Of a DNA stretch of 63,106 nt, positions 26,934-38,884 are shown piece after piece (the stretch's first letter is position 1; every line of letters begins with the position of its first letter). The notes below the pieces were generated by a model that was given only the letters and a program-made list of their open reading frames with translations, had not been told where the DNA came from and did not search any database. The DNA comes from Podospora anserina. Its lineage: Eukaryota. The translations under genes and the position numbers were made by a program. The DNA lies in the NCBI GenBank assembly GCA_017654855.1, contig CM030337.1:4278001-4341106 (forward strand), given 5' to 3'.

Positions 26934-28622
26934 CTACAGCTTGTGGGTGCCACCTGGATTCTTCCGGCAAAAGCAGGAAGCCATGACGGGAACATCTGCT
27001 ACCGCTAAAGCAATCTGCAACTGGGGCCACACAATCTTGGCCTCGGCCTCCCTCTTGAGCGTGGTGAGGCATTCGTGATAGCCATGCAATGCCCACACAT
27101 TATTTCGGTGCTGCAAGGCTCGGGGAAGGGTGCCATCGAATCCCAAATCCGCTGCATACACCGCAAGGGCCTCTTCTACTCTTCCCTGCTCCAACAGCAG
27201 AGCCCCATAAGCATGCCTGGTCGGCTGCATCCAGCCCCAGGGCTCATCATACGGCAGAGCATCATCCAGCTCAATAGACCTGCGCAGATGCTCAAACCCC
27301 AGCTCGATATTTCCCCGACGATACTCCAACTCTCCATCCAACATGGCAGAGGCGATAGCTAGGATACCTTGGCACGGGTTGTTGAAGACTGTCCTTGAGG
27401 CGGGCACGGTCTTGACTGCACTCCGGAACTGAGCTCGCGCTTCCTCGGCCTCTTGGAATCTCCCGGTATTGGCGAAAGCCACACCCTTTGCGTAGAGAAT
27501 CATGGCCGTCGTGGAACAGTATAACGACTTGTCTTTTGGTAAAGGGAGACGCTGTATGGCCTCCCACTTACCAAACCTAACGAGCGCATGTACCCTCATG
27601 GCAAGAAATCCCTCCAGCCAGTCGGCCATTGGCGGCGATTGCACTCTCAGAAGCTCTTCCGGTATCGCCTCCTCGAGCAACTGGGCTGTTTCTAGAGCCA
27701 CTGCGGACTGTCCCGCAAACATGGCAGCATAAAGCCGAAAATGCAAGTCGTGGCAGCGGTACAGACTGTAAAAGTTGATGGCGCCGTCTCTTTGCACAAA
27801 CTTTTGGTCCGCCCGCACAGCCGCCGAGTTGGAAGTTATTGCGGAACGGTAATCTCCGCAGAGCATGTAAATGTGAGATGGCATGTGGTTGAGATGGCCC
27901 GAGTCGGGGATGATGCCCAACAGTCTGTCGGCCGCGTTCAGGGCAAACTCCGGCTGGGCCGACATCTCCATGAGGTGAATGTAGAGGTGAAGCATTCCAG
28001 GGTGGTTGGGGTGCTTGGTGAGGGCGTCATCCAAGGCCGCTTTGGCATCCAGTGTCCTCGCCCCCTTGGTCGGTGCTCCTGTTCGCAAGTCCCAGAGGTC
28101 CCATGGTGTCAGGTTCAACAAGGCGTCGACATAGACGGCGGCCACGTCGGGATGGTTTGGGTGAGCATTGTATGCCACTTCCATGGCTTGCGCAAACGTG
28201 TGGTTCCAGACGTATCCCTGCTTGGCCTCTCCTCGATCTTGTGGGTACCGATGCTGGAGAGCCTCAACAAGTGCTCGCTCCACCGGCGCCGCTGCCGCCG
28301 CCTTTGCCAATGCCACGACCACAGCTTCTCTGGCCCGCCGCAGGTATCGGCTTCCTTCCTCGTCATCAAAGGCAGCCCACGGCTTGTTGTAGTTGGGGCC
28401 CAGGGCATAAGCAAGACCCCAGTATGTCATGGCGCAGTCGGGGTCTGTCAGAGCCGCCCGCTCAAAGCACTTGACGGCCTCTTCATGGTTGAACCCGTAG
28501 CACCACACGAGCCCCCGGTTGAACCATATCTGTGTATCGTGGCTTCTGGTGGTGATGGTCATGTAAAAGTCGCCAAGGTCGTAGTAGTCTTCCGTCTTAT
28601 CTGGGGGAGGTTGGAGCCCCAT
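26934..28622 (-). CDS. TPR-domain protein (fungal/bacterial family with YYDLG, FNHEEA and HMPSHI motifs)
   Basis: Intronless ORF; WFNRGLVWCYGFNHEEA, HLYIHLME, GHLNHMPSHIY and YDEPWGWMQPTRHA motifs; helical repeats. Confidence 0.85.
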   Translation of the reverse strand: MGLQPPPDKTEDYYDLGDFYMTITTRSHDTQIWFNRGLVWCYGFNHEEAVKCFERAALTDPDCAMTYWGLAYALGPNYNKPWAAFDDEEGSRYLRRAREAVVVALAKAAAAAPVERALVEALQHRYPQDRGEAKQGYVWNHTFAQAMEVAYNAHPNHPDVAAVYVDALLNLTPWDLWDLRTGAPTKGARTLDAKAALDDALTKHPNHPGMLHLYIHLMEMSAQPEFALNAADRLLGIIPDSGHLNHMPSHIYMLCGDYRSAITSNSAAVRADQKFVQRDGAINFYSLYRCHDLHFRLYAAMFAGQSAVALETAQLLEEAIPEELLRVQSPPMADWLEGFLAMRVHALVRFGKWEAIQRLPLPKDKSLYCSTTAMILYAKGVAFANTGRFQEAEEARAQFRSAVKTVPASRTVFNNPCQGILAIASAMLDGELEYRRGNIELGFEHLRRSIELDDALPYDEPWGWMQPTRHAYGALLLEQGRVEEALAVYAADLGFDGTLPRALQHRNNVWALHGYHECLTTLKREAEAKIVWPQLQIALAVADVPVMASCFCRKNPGGTHKL

Positions 28623-29533
28623 CGTGGGGGATTCACGCGTCTTGGTATCCTGGACTGCCTGCCGTTTTGAGCCTGGGCCCAAGACTGGTTGATAAGATGC
28701 TGGCCGCTCTTGGCGAGTGTTGCAACGCTGTATGCCACAGTTCGGAGGGGATTGTTTGATGACTGGTGACCTTGGGCTCAAACGTCATTTTACCCAAAGA
28801 GCCGACAAACGCCACCACGTGTTTTGTTTGGGTTGCGGGTACCTGATCGCCGAGAAGCGAGTGCGGGGTTACGGGTTGGGGGTTGGGATTTGACGCGTAG
28901 GAATTATAAGTGTTTGAAACGAGAGTGTCCCGCCATTTCCAACCGTCCCAGCCCAGCTTTGAACCAGACTTTTAACCTTCTGTACTGTCAGTCCGCCGTC
29001 ACATCGGACACAAGGAGCCCCGAATCGGAGCAACTAGTCTAGTAAGCTAGTTTTCGAAATCACCACTTCGCCATCTTGGCCAATCTGTTCTTAGCCAACC
29101 AGGTCGCTGTTTAACCGCACACGGGCATTCGTGACCCATTCGTTGCGACGCAAATGTCTACACAACCCAGCTTCGGCCGTGTTGATGACCCAGCCAGCCA
29201 TCATCGCACGTTTTTGACGTGCTCTTCTTTTTGTATCACCATGATCTTGCACTGTCAGGCCTGCCGCATCCGGCAAAGTTGATCGTCAGCGTGGCATCCC
29301 GAACCGTTGTCATACATGGCCTACTCGGTTGGCATTGCTGGATGAGGCAGGTTCGTCCATATCGAGAACCCCGTTTTGCGACCGACGACCAGCAGTTGGT
29401 CGGAAACCGCCGATGGTTTCCTTGTCGTTGTGAGGAGGAGACGAAGAGAGGGATCAAGTATAAAGCCATACCATTGGCGTCCAGACCTCATCATTGCTCC
29501 TCATCCTCTTCACCCCCTCTCAAAGCCGCCGCC

Positions 29534-30137
29534 ATGAAACTCTCCCTCCTCGCCTTTCTCCCCGCCGTCCTGGCCTTGCCTGCGGCCGACTCGTCGGGCA
29601 TCGCGTCCAGACAGACAGCCGTTGCCACGACCGACAACTACATCTTCACTCTGACCCTCCCTCAGTTCACCGTCAGGCGCAACAACCGCAACCCGGCGTC
29701 TCTGGACTGGAGCTCGGATGGCTGCTCAAACTCCCCCGACAACCCGTTTGGCTTCCCATTCACTCCCGCCTGCCACCGCCACGACTTTGGTTACAGAAAC
29801 TACAAGAAGCAAAGCCGGTTCACGGATGCCAATCGCAAGAGGATCGACGACAAGTTCAAGGTTGAGTATGTACCTGTCTTGTGGAATTACCGGCCCATTG
29901 AATGGATGTTAACCATGTCGCAGTCTTCTTTACCAGTGCAGCTCCAACGGCCACGGTGCCGTCTGCCGTGCTCTGGCGGATGTCTACCATGCTGCCGTTA
30001 GAGCGTTTGGTGGGAGCGGAGCCAGCAAGAGAGAGGAGGAAGAGGATTGGGTCAAGATTTACGAGGAGAAGCTCGCCATTTACAACGAGCTCGTCAAGGA
30101 GGCCCAGGCCACGGGTGAGCTGTGGACATTGGAGTAG
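29534..30137 (+). CDS. Secreted phospholipase A2 (fungal/prokaryotic group XIV) with a C-terminal Kex2-cleaved extension
   Basis: Signal peptide; WSSDGCS..PDNP.GFPF.PACHRHDFGYRN motif; intron 29866-29923; YHAAVRAFG followed by KR and an acidic tail. Confidence 0.93.
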
Positions 30138-30482
30138 ATTGATGACTTAATGATTATGATATATCAGATACCTACAAAAGCTGTCTCTTTGGGTGCTCAA
30201 ATTGTGGTGTCATGGCTCAGGGGTTTAGGGGTAGTAAACATAACATTGCCCTGGTCTCCATGCTGCTCAAGGTTTCCATCACTTTGATCCTGGCGACGTG
30301 ACTGCTTGGTGGATGCCAAAGTTGGCCACTCATGTGTCTCTGAACGGATTCGTAAAACTCGACATTGCATCGTTACCCTAAAAGCTATGTACCCTGCCTC
30401 TCACCATATGTGTACATACTGTTACAAAACCATACCCATACCTATACCGCTGCACCCACTCCAAATATCATTCCTTATCATA

Positions 30483-32479
30483 TCACCGGACCTCTTTGAC
30501 CTTCCCGCCCTCAATTCTCATTCTTCTGGTCTTGGGAGCAGGGTCTTGGGCGTCACGCTTGCTGTGCGTGGCCCAGTACTCGTCGAGAACCTCCAAGACT
30601 TCCTCGACATTGTTGTAGGGCTGCAGTCCGGCCATGAACTGAATCTTTTCGGTGATGGCAGCCGTGGTGAACTTGGCAGCCGTGACCGGCTCGGCTCTCC
30701 ATCTGGCCTCCATGGGGTCACGGAACGCGGTCTCGTTGTATCCCAAGTCAGTCAGAGCAGTGACGTTGAAGGCAGCCATCATGTCGTGCTAGTGTCAAGG
30801 TTAGCTCTGCGCTCAGGGCGACGGGCAGAAGAATACTTACATCCTCGTGAATCAGGTTGTGGCAGTGGAACATGTAGACTCCGTCCCATGGGGCGTAGTG
30901 GGCCTCCACTCTGACAATCTCGTTGGGCGCAAGCCAGACAACATCCTTCAAACCCTGGGCCTCGTAGTTGTAGACCGGTCTGCCATCGTCATTCGAGCGC
31001 CACAAGACTTTGAAGTCGACCAGGTGAATGTGGATTGGGTGGCTCCATCCGCCGCCGCCGTTCTCGAGCTCCCAAATTTCAACCTTGCCGCGGGGGACAT
31101 TGGCAAGCACACGGTTGTTGACATCGGCAAAGACGACTCCGTTGATCTGCCACTCGCCATTGGAGCGGTCAAACTTAAAGTGTCTGTCCACACCGGTTCC
31201 ATCAGAGGTCGGCCAGTCGACAGTAGCCAGAGTGCTGGGAATGGAGCTGGTGTCGGTCACTGGGGTGTTGCCAACGATGAATCTCATGACCTTGTTGGTG
31301 TGGAGGTAATCGTCGTCCTGGCCCACGTCGTCCGTGTTGCGCAAGGTGATGTTTTGGCCAGCAAAGGGCGAAAAGTCAAAGACAACCTCGTACCGCTCTC
31401 CCATGCTGATGTAAAGGTCGTTTGTGGTGGCTGGTGAGGCCATCAAGCCGGCATCTGTGGCAATGACTTGGAAAGGAATCTTGGCTGAGCTGCCAGTTTG
31501 ACGCTGGAAGTAGAGCTTGAAGGTGCGTGAGACGGCAGCGTCGAGGAAGCGGAGGCGGTACTTGCGAGGCTCAACGTTGAAGTAGGGCCAGGGCTGGCCG
31601 TTGACGTGGATAACATCGCCAAAGAGCGAGTCCGTCTCACCATTGGTGGTGAACAGACTGCCATTGTTGTTGTACTGCTTGGAAGAGAGCACCAGAGGAA
31701 TATCATGAACACCGTAACCTGAGGGAAGGTTCAAGGCGTCTTCAGCAGGATCATGAATAATGTAGGCCCCAGCTTGGCCTTGTATGTGTCAGCGGATGAA
31801 AACAAAGCTGCAGAGATGGCCATCATACCAAAATATGCATTCTCAGCAGTATGCATGAATGCGTGATCGTGGTACCACAGGAAACGGGCCGCCTGTTGGT
31901 TGGGATAGTAGTAGTCCTTGAACTCGCCTGGCATGGTCACATCCTCTGCCCAACCATCCCAAGGAGCGCGCTATTTGACAAATGTCAGTCACCAGCCATC
32001 AAAGCAACGACAAGGAGACTCACAGAGTATGACCCGTGGAGATGGACCGAGTTTTCGATGCTGGCATTGTTGACGAAGCGCACAACAGCCTCATGACCTC
32101 TCTCCACGATAAAGGTCGGGCCGGGAGAGATGCCGTCGTAACCAACAAGAGTTGCGGGACCCTTGTTTGGATACACTTGTTGGGTGAACCGGTTGATGTA
32201 GACCTCGTAATAGTGAATGGGGTTGCCAGTCACCGGGTTGGTAACGGTCCTATGATCGAATCAATACCCCCAGTGAAGCAAAGATTATGAGAGAAAAGCT
32301 CACAGTTTGGGCGTCTTGACCGGAGGAATAGGCAGAGGAAATTGGTAAAGCCACGAATAGGTAGGACTCTCCCAATCCTTTCTGGCGACCAGCTTGTGCT
32401 TTTGCTCAGGCGTAGCCCGACCCAAGACAACAGGCGAGGCCGAGACGGCGAGAAGAGCGGAAGTGAGGATGGACAACAT
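30483..32479 (-). CDS. Bilirubin oxidase-type multicopper oxidase, secreted
   Basis: All four Cu motifs present: VHLHG, WYHDH, WSHPIHIHL and HCHNLIHEDHDMM (axial Met). Introns at 32250-32303, 31971-32023, 31779-31828 and 30789-30840. Confidence 0.95.
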
Positions 32480-34964
32480 TGCGAGAGATGGAAGGGAGGA
32501 AGCCGCTTGAGGAGAGATATCTTTCGAGTCCCAGACGCAGGTAGTCTGGTTCTTTTATCCCTCCTCACGACACCCTCGCAACTCGGGAGGTGGAGTCCCA
32601 GGAGCAGTGAATCATTTTGACGCCCGGCTTGCGCCGCTTGGGCTCAACTCGCCACTATTTGGACTCTGAACAGCTCCATTCACAATGTGATGGTGCTAGT
32701 GAACCGATAGTCTCGTCAATTGGATCGTGATGGTGGTGGGCACGGGGCAAGACGGCAAGAACTTCCTTGAGTCGTCAAGTTGTAGACCTCATGAACTCAA
32801 ATCTGAGGAAAGTGCAAGCGTGGATGCATCCACCACCTTCAATATCACGCTGGGGTGTTTGGCCAAGATCCTTGTGGTGGATGCATCAGTCATAAAGTGG
32901 CCCCAGGTGACTGACGAGCGCCTCTTCCTTTGCATTCGGTGTGTGCTAAAAGGGGAATTCTTACCCTTGATTATTGGCACCAAGAGCATGCAACGAGAGC
33001 CTCGCGGCGTGGCAGCCACACGTGGTGGTCGAGACAGAGAGGCCTTGTTATCGATATCTTCCTACCCCAGTCTGACCGTTTGTTTCCCAAGAAATGGTGG
33101 TTTGCTTAGCCGAGATAAGCTTTGTCAAGACACTAACATCGAAAAGGCCGTTGACGGCTTGGTTTCCCCAAGGCCGACGGTATACTTGGCGTTCAATAAA
33201 TTGAGGCTTAGCAGCGGCATCACGGCGGGATCACAACATCAATGTCCTGCATTAGGGCTCAGGTCTAGACTTTGCACGAGATCAGGGAATCTCCAGGCAC
33301 GATTCTGCACTTGGCTTCTTCCATATGTTTCCCCGAAGAGCTGGATGCTAGCTCCTGACTTAAACCGATGGCGCTACTAGCGCCTCACTCCCGCACATGG
33401 ATCGCTCTGGCGTTATCCTCTTTTGGTTTTCTATCTCGTATTCTTGGCATCGTGTCCAGGATGCTATCCGACGGATTCCGAGCCCATGTTTCAACCCATT
33501 TGCTTCTTTACGGCTTCTGTCGAAGCGCGATGGACGACGTGAATGATGCATGTTTGCGGCGAGAAAAGGGGCAAGGGGGGAAATGATTGGACCGAGCTCT
33601 CCATGTCCACAACCTTGACCCGCATGTCATCCCATGTCACCCCGTGTCAACTTGCCCGCCATACAGCCCAAGGCTTGCATCATGTCAGACGTTTTCATCG
33701 CTGTATCGTCTGCCACTGCAGGATTGACATTGACCCGACTGACTGACGAGGGAGTGTTTCCGTCGATACAGCAGCTCTGGTTCGGCACTTCTAAACGAAC
33801 ACAACAAGCGAGCTCGGCTGGGGGCGGAGTTAGCGTCGTGGTTGCATCTCCGCACGGCACGACCCACGAATGCTACCCTAAATCCGAATTATTGACAGGC
33901 GTCTGTAATGGCTACTCCCGCGCTAAGCCTTATACATATTGGGAGTGAACACGAGCAGACGGAACTTTCCCCGCAACCTACTTCGATGGCTTGCCAGCTG
34001 CACATGTCAAGACAAAGGTGCCCACAATCCTCCGCGGATGCATACAGACACAAGGAGCAGGAATACGCGACATCTGTCGGGTAGACTTGCCGCTGCCGGA
34101 ACCAATATGATAATCGCTAGTCCAACTCCCATTTAAAAAGAAATGAGCTCGTTTCTCTAGAACGGTGTATGAAACCGAGCGAGTTGAACTATTGGGTGCT
34201 TTGGACGCAGCACGGTGAATCTATTTTGAGAGAGCTCGGGAGCTGCCAGTACTCAGGCCCGCTCTAGGCCTGCCGCGGGTGGCGAACCGTGGTTGAGGCT
34301 CGGCAGTTTGGTCGATCTTGTGACATGGCCGGTATAGTATAGGTGTTTGCTTTATCTATCCTGTCTCGCTTAATTTACGGTGGTAGTATCAGAGGGTGTC
34401 GGTTCGGGGCCTTTAGCTAAGGGATGCAAACACACTTGACAGACCTACCCCTTGGTCATCACCAAGCAGCCAAGCATACTCGAACCTTCGGTTTCATTGT
34501 CTTTGTAAATACTCCTTGGCAAGCATCCGAGAGCGATATCCTCCTGCAGTGGGTCGGCTGGGCCGCAGTCGCCCACCATTTCCGTAATGAGATGAGAGGT
34601 TTCAACATGAACAACACCATGTCTATGTCGCCCCTTGAGCTGGGGGGCCATCTCTACTGCAATGCCCAGAATATCGAATCGTCGGATTGGGAAGGTACCT
34701 CGGGATCTGTTCAGAATTACTACCCAGTTGTCTACAATGAGTGAACCTTGGAAGGTCGAGCCGGTGTGAATAGTCATGTAGTTATGAACAAGTTGTACAA
34801 GGTGAAATGACTGAACCGGTTGGAGTTGCCGAGATTGTGTTGAGGTGTTCAAATGTATAAAGACACAGGAATGTGTCCTTGGGAAATCAGTTGGAATCAG
34901 CCACGGACAACCAGTTCCATCAAACCATTCATCACTGAACCATACACTGCCCAGACTTTGAGCC

Positions 34965-37048
34965 ATGCTTGTGCTCTTCCCACTTCTCTGCCTCGTCCTC
35001 GGGGCCTTGGGGGTTGACATCCCCATCTGGCTGGACGGAGCTCTTGTTGAGTGAGTGACACCAAACGCTGGCTTTGTGGGCCTGAACACTGACCTGAGAA
35101 GTGCCACCGCCACCGATGATTCCTATAACACTGGAGGAACCATCTCGGTAAATGGATGGACAGTCCAGGTTCCCAAGAACATGTTGGTCACCTTTCCAGC
35201 GGCCTATGTGCCCTGGAAGGACTTTGTAGCTCAAAAGGCTGCCGTCATGGGATACGAGGTCAATGTATGTCTCTCACATCATCCGACACCGTCGAGAATA
35301 TACTAACCGAACAACAGGTCGCTGGCAACATTGTGAATGGCGTCTCGATCGCAGCCCAGATCATTGTTCAGGAGTTCGCCATGGAGATCAACCAGGGCTA
35401 CATTGAGGAGATCAACTTTGACGGCACCATGAAGATTCTGAACGGCCCCATCATTCGAATCAACGACCCCAATGCCGTCTTCTCGGCCGGCTATTCCTCC
35501 CCCTTTATGGTGGCCGATGACAAGAGCCCTAGCGTTAGCTCATTCTCTGGCTTCCCCATGTGTGTCCCTCGGTCGTCCAACGACACACTTTGCCCATCCT
35601 CGCAGCGGCCTGTTGTTACTGGCACCCCACGCAGAATCTTGTAAGTACGAACTGGCTCAAAGTTGTCTGTTGACTAACCCAAAGTAAACAGTCAAGCCCC
35701 CGACCCGTTGGTCATGGCTCCTTTCCTTCCTGGAGACTTTATCATGTACAGAGGCTTCCGCAACGCGCATAACCAGCTCATCTGCTTCGACATTGTCGCC
35801 TGGAACGTTCAGATCACCACGACAGGCAGCCCAGCTTACATCAGAGTGGAAGAGACACTGGTTGGCGTGTACACTCCCAACACCAACGCCGAGGTGGCTG
35901 AAACACGGTTCATCGGTTACACGAGTGATCCCAGCGTCACCGTCTCCATCAGCGCCATTGATATCGATCCCTGCACCGGCCATGAAACCTACAGATCTAT
36001 CGGTGTTGGACAGGCCCGTCCCGAAGAGGGTGGACGCAACAAGTGGATCGCGCGCATCGACGGGACCACCCCTTCCATCTACACGCGTGAGTACCGCATG
36101 GTTGCCTCTAGCGGGACTGTGGTCACCAGGAACGGAATTGTAGCGGGCGAGTATGTCGCTCCCATTCTCGAGTGGATTCAACCCGAGCTCCTCGTTCCCG
36201 GCATCGAGCCCATCATCAACGAGTATGCCGCCATGTCCCATCTGACTCGTGGTGTCGGTCCCGACGAGGATGGCAACATCTTTGGTCCCCTCGACCCCTT
36301 CCCCCAGTCCGGCGTCACCGTCTTCAACATTTCGACTTGCGCCGGGCCGGTCACCCCTGGAGAGCCGGGCGAGGGGGAGCCGCAGACAGCCAACCCCCGT
36401 ATCGATGCCACGATCCCCATCTCTACCACCGGAAGCCAAGTTGCCACCGTTCCTCACACCAAGCGTCTCTACGTCCGTCACGATGACACCTTTACCCTTC
36501 GCGGCTTCCAGGACAACAACAACATGGGCAGCAACGACACCCTGACCTGGAGCTGGTCCGTGTTGACCGATCAGTCTGCTGGAACCCAGTCCAACCTTGC
36601 CACTTTCACTCCTTCGTCTGACTCCAAGTTCATCTCGGTTCGCTTTGCCAACTCTGCACCCACCGGGGAGTACGTGTTCCAGCTCGCCATTTCGTCGGCA
36701 AACCACAACACCACGGGTAACTTCACCTACACCGTTTCGCTGTTCTCTGGGTCGGATATCGTGTCGGTTGATGCCGTCACCTGGACGAGCGGCCAGAGTG
36801 GCACCATCGGTGTCACTTGCAGCAGTTTGTATCTGGTCGACTGGAAGGTCAACATGCAGGTAACTTATCCCGGTGATAGGGGTACCACAACCAGCGCTAT
36901 GGCGGCAACTCCTCCCGGCAGTGGGTTGTGGTCCTTCTCCTCGAGACGGGTTGACCGGCCTGGCACTATTACATGCAGGAGTGCACTCAACGGACAGGCA
37001 ACGCGATCTGGGACCACGGCAAAGCGCGCGGTGCAGCTCAAGGCCTGA
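34965..37048 (+). CDS. Uncharacterised secreted beta-rich protein (about 640 aa) with Ig/PKD-like C-terminal segments
   Basis: Signal peptide MLVLFPLLCLVLGALG; introns 35051-35101, 35265-35317 and 35641-35691 join one frame; motifs GGTISVNG, INDPNAVFS, SGFPMCVPR and GPLDPFP. Confidence 0.85.
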
Positions 37049-37151
37049 GGTGGGAGAATAAGAGGGATATATGTTTGTCAATGTGAGCTAGCATTTTGCC
37101 TGTGTCAAAAAAATTATAGTCTTGTCTCACCCTCATGCAAAAGTAATGTTT

Positions 37152-37233
37152 CGACCCACGCGCGACTCGAACACGCAATCTTCAGAGTGATTCTTAACCG
37201 AAATCTGACGCCTTACCATTTGGCCAGCGGGCC
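37152..37233 (-). tRNA. tRNA-Arg(UCG) with a short intron
   Basis: GGCCCGC/GTGGGTC acceptor stem, D-arm GCCAAATGGTAAGGC, anticodon stem TCAGA/TCTGA with TCG, T-loop GTTCGAGT, downstream T-run. Confidence 0.85.
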
Positions 37234-37391
37234 ACCAGGATTAGTAGTGTGTGTTATTGAACACCTCTTCGTGTAAAAAGACCAGCCGCCTTTTTGGATA
37301 ACTATAAAACTTGTAAAGCCCACAGTGGTAGAGCAGTCCCAAGTAACAAAAACAAAATGTTGTTTACTATAAGGTAGTTAAATATAGAAAA

Positions 37392-37477
37392 CGATCCGCC
37401 CAGGGGTCAAACCTGGAACCTCCTGATTGCACAATGTAACATCGTATTCAGACGCGCTGCTATTACGCCAGCGGACC
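37392..37477 (-). pseudogene. tRNA-Arg(ACG) with intron, probably a damaged pseudo-tRNA
   Basis: GGTCCGC/GCGGATC acceptor stem, ACG anticodon and TTTT terminator. D-loop GG is changed to AG and T-loop TTCGA to TTTGA, damaging the A and B boxes. Confidence 0.75.
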
Positions 37478-37966
37478 TATTGAATTGATTAATGAATTCC
37501 GGGTGCGGAGCATAGAAAACAATCATCAACGATAGTTTGGTGAGAGTCGGTAGACTGACAACAAGTCCGACAGAATGATGCCTAAAGGGTGCCTAAATGA
37601 CTTTCCCTCTGGATGCTGGACTATAGCTATGGATAGATAGCGACATTGGTGCTTTTGTTTTCCAGCTCCTTTACTAGATCAAAACGCAACGGTGGATCCC
37701 GATATGCGTAACTTGTCGTAGTAGCTCTTGAGAAAGACTGCTATTCTAAGCACTACGCCGAAAATAAAGTATCGTAATGTCTTGGAGTAGCAAATATTAT
37801 TTCGTGTGGCGCTATGCAAAGGGAAACCCCTAGGAGATTAAGGTTTCAGTCGAGAAAGCGATGGAGCGCAACGAGTCGTGCTCTCTAAAGTAAAGCAGAT
37901 GTTTAAACAACGTATAGTCTCCTAATACCCGACTACGCTCCTAGTAAATTCTGTTAATCCCAACAT

Positions 37967-38057
37967 TTATTTTTCTATAGATAATAGTATAATCCGTTAA
38001 AAAATATACTTAAAAAGGCCCACTTAAAAACTAAGGATTATATCCGATAAAAATATT
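37967..38057 (+). repeat. Degenerate copy of the ~90-bp motif found at 49717-49810
   Basis: TAGTATAATCCGTTAAAAAATATACTTAAAAAGGCCCACTTAAAAAC aligns with TAGTACAATCCGTTGAAAAGCGCACCAAAAAAAAGGCCCCACTTTAGAAAC, mostly through RIP-type transitions. Confidence 0.7.
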
Positions 38058-38086
38058 GTAAAGCGAAGTTAATTTATAACGTAGTA

Positions 38087-38521
38087 TAACGTGCGTGATA
38101 AGCGAGCGTAACAGATAAGCGAGCGCAACACTTTCTACGCGTCGTACCACCTCCGCCTTTAACACTTATTTCTTCCACAATCTAATATAGTATCGCCGTT
38201 AAATAAAGCACGATTAAATCTAGCTCTTTAAGCTCTTTAAAATAATAAAAAGCTAAGCTTGCGAGCTGCAGCTAAGATCTATAACGTTGACTATATAACT
38301 CTCTTCTATCGACGCGCCGGCCGGCCTGTACGATACGATATTCCAGTTAACTTACGTAAGCTTACTGATCTAGAGAAGTAAACGATTATTTAATATATAA
38401 TTAAGTATTATACGCGTATATTTTATTCTCGGCTTTATTACGTAAAAGATATAGTTAACCGATTACTACGCGAACGTAACGCGCTCCCTATTAGTAAACA
38501 ATAGGCTTATAACTTCGTTAT
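38087..38521 (+). mobile_element. 5' fragment of a pogo/Fot1-type (Tc1/mariner superfamily) DNA transposon, RIP-mutated
   Basis: TA followed by an ACGTGCGTGATAAGCGAGCG terminal repeat with an internal repeat. Reverting RIP gives EARLNLAL..KLSLRAAAKIYNV..TL...RKLTDLEE...DMANRLL...VGKRWA.NFV (HTH-psq/CENP-B domains). Cut off by an LTR. Confidence 0.85.
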
Positions 38522-38884
38522 TAAAATAGTGAGAAAACACATAAAATAACCACAACACTATAAATATACCCTCAATAGGTCTCAGAATAAATATACCTGC
38601 GTGATAGTAACTCGCTCGCAGGCCGCACTTCACGTAGGACAAAGAAAAGACACTATAGGCTCGCAGGCTACATAATAAGCACTGGATTAGCCTAATTAGA
38701 GGGCCAGAATTACTTGCACGCGTGTAAGGCACAAAATACGAAAAAAAATAAAAGTCGATGTTTTGTCTAAAATAAAATATCCGAAGCAAACTACTTATAT
38801 ATATAGCCCCCCTAAACCCTTAAGTCCTCTAAGCGCCCCGCTTCCTTATTTATACTTTTAAGTTTATAGCCGTACCCTAAACTA
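38522..38884 (-). mobile_element. Solo LTR of the Gypsy family whose 3' LTR is at 42596-42957
   Basis: About 360 bp colinear with 42596-42957, differing mainly by C>T/G>A transitions. Confidence 0.9.

Noticed and set aside
27741-28670. 309-aa plus-strand ORF
   Set aside because: Antisense shadow of the TPR gene.
32727-33380. 217-aa ORF in the divergent promoter region
   Set aside because: Non-ATG start, no motif, and it lies in the upstream region of the oxidase gene.
35657-37081. 474-aa minus-strand ORF
   Set aside because: Antisense to the spliced secreted-protein gene; a codon-bias artefact.
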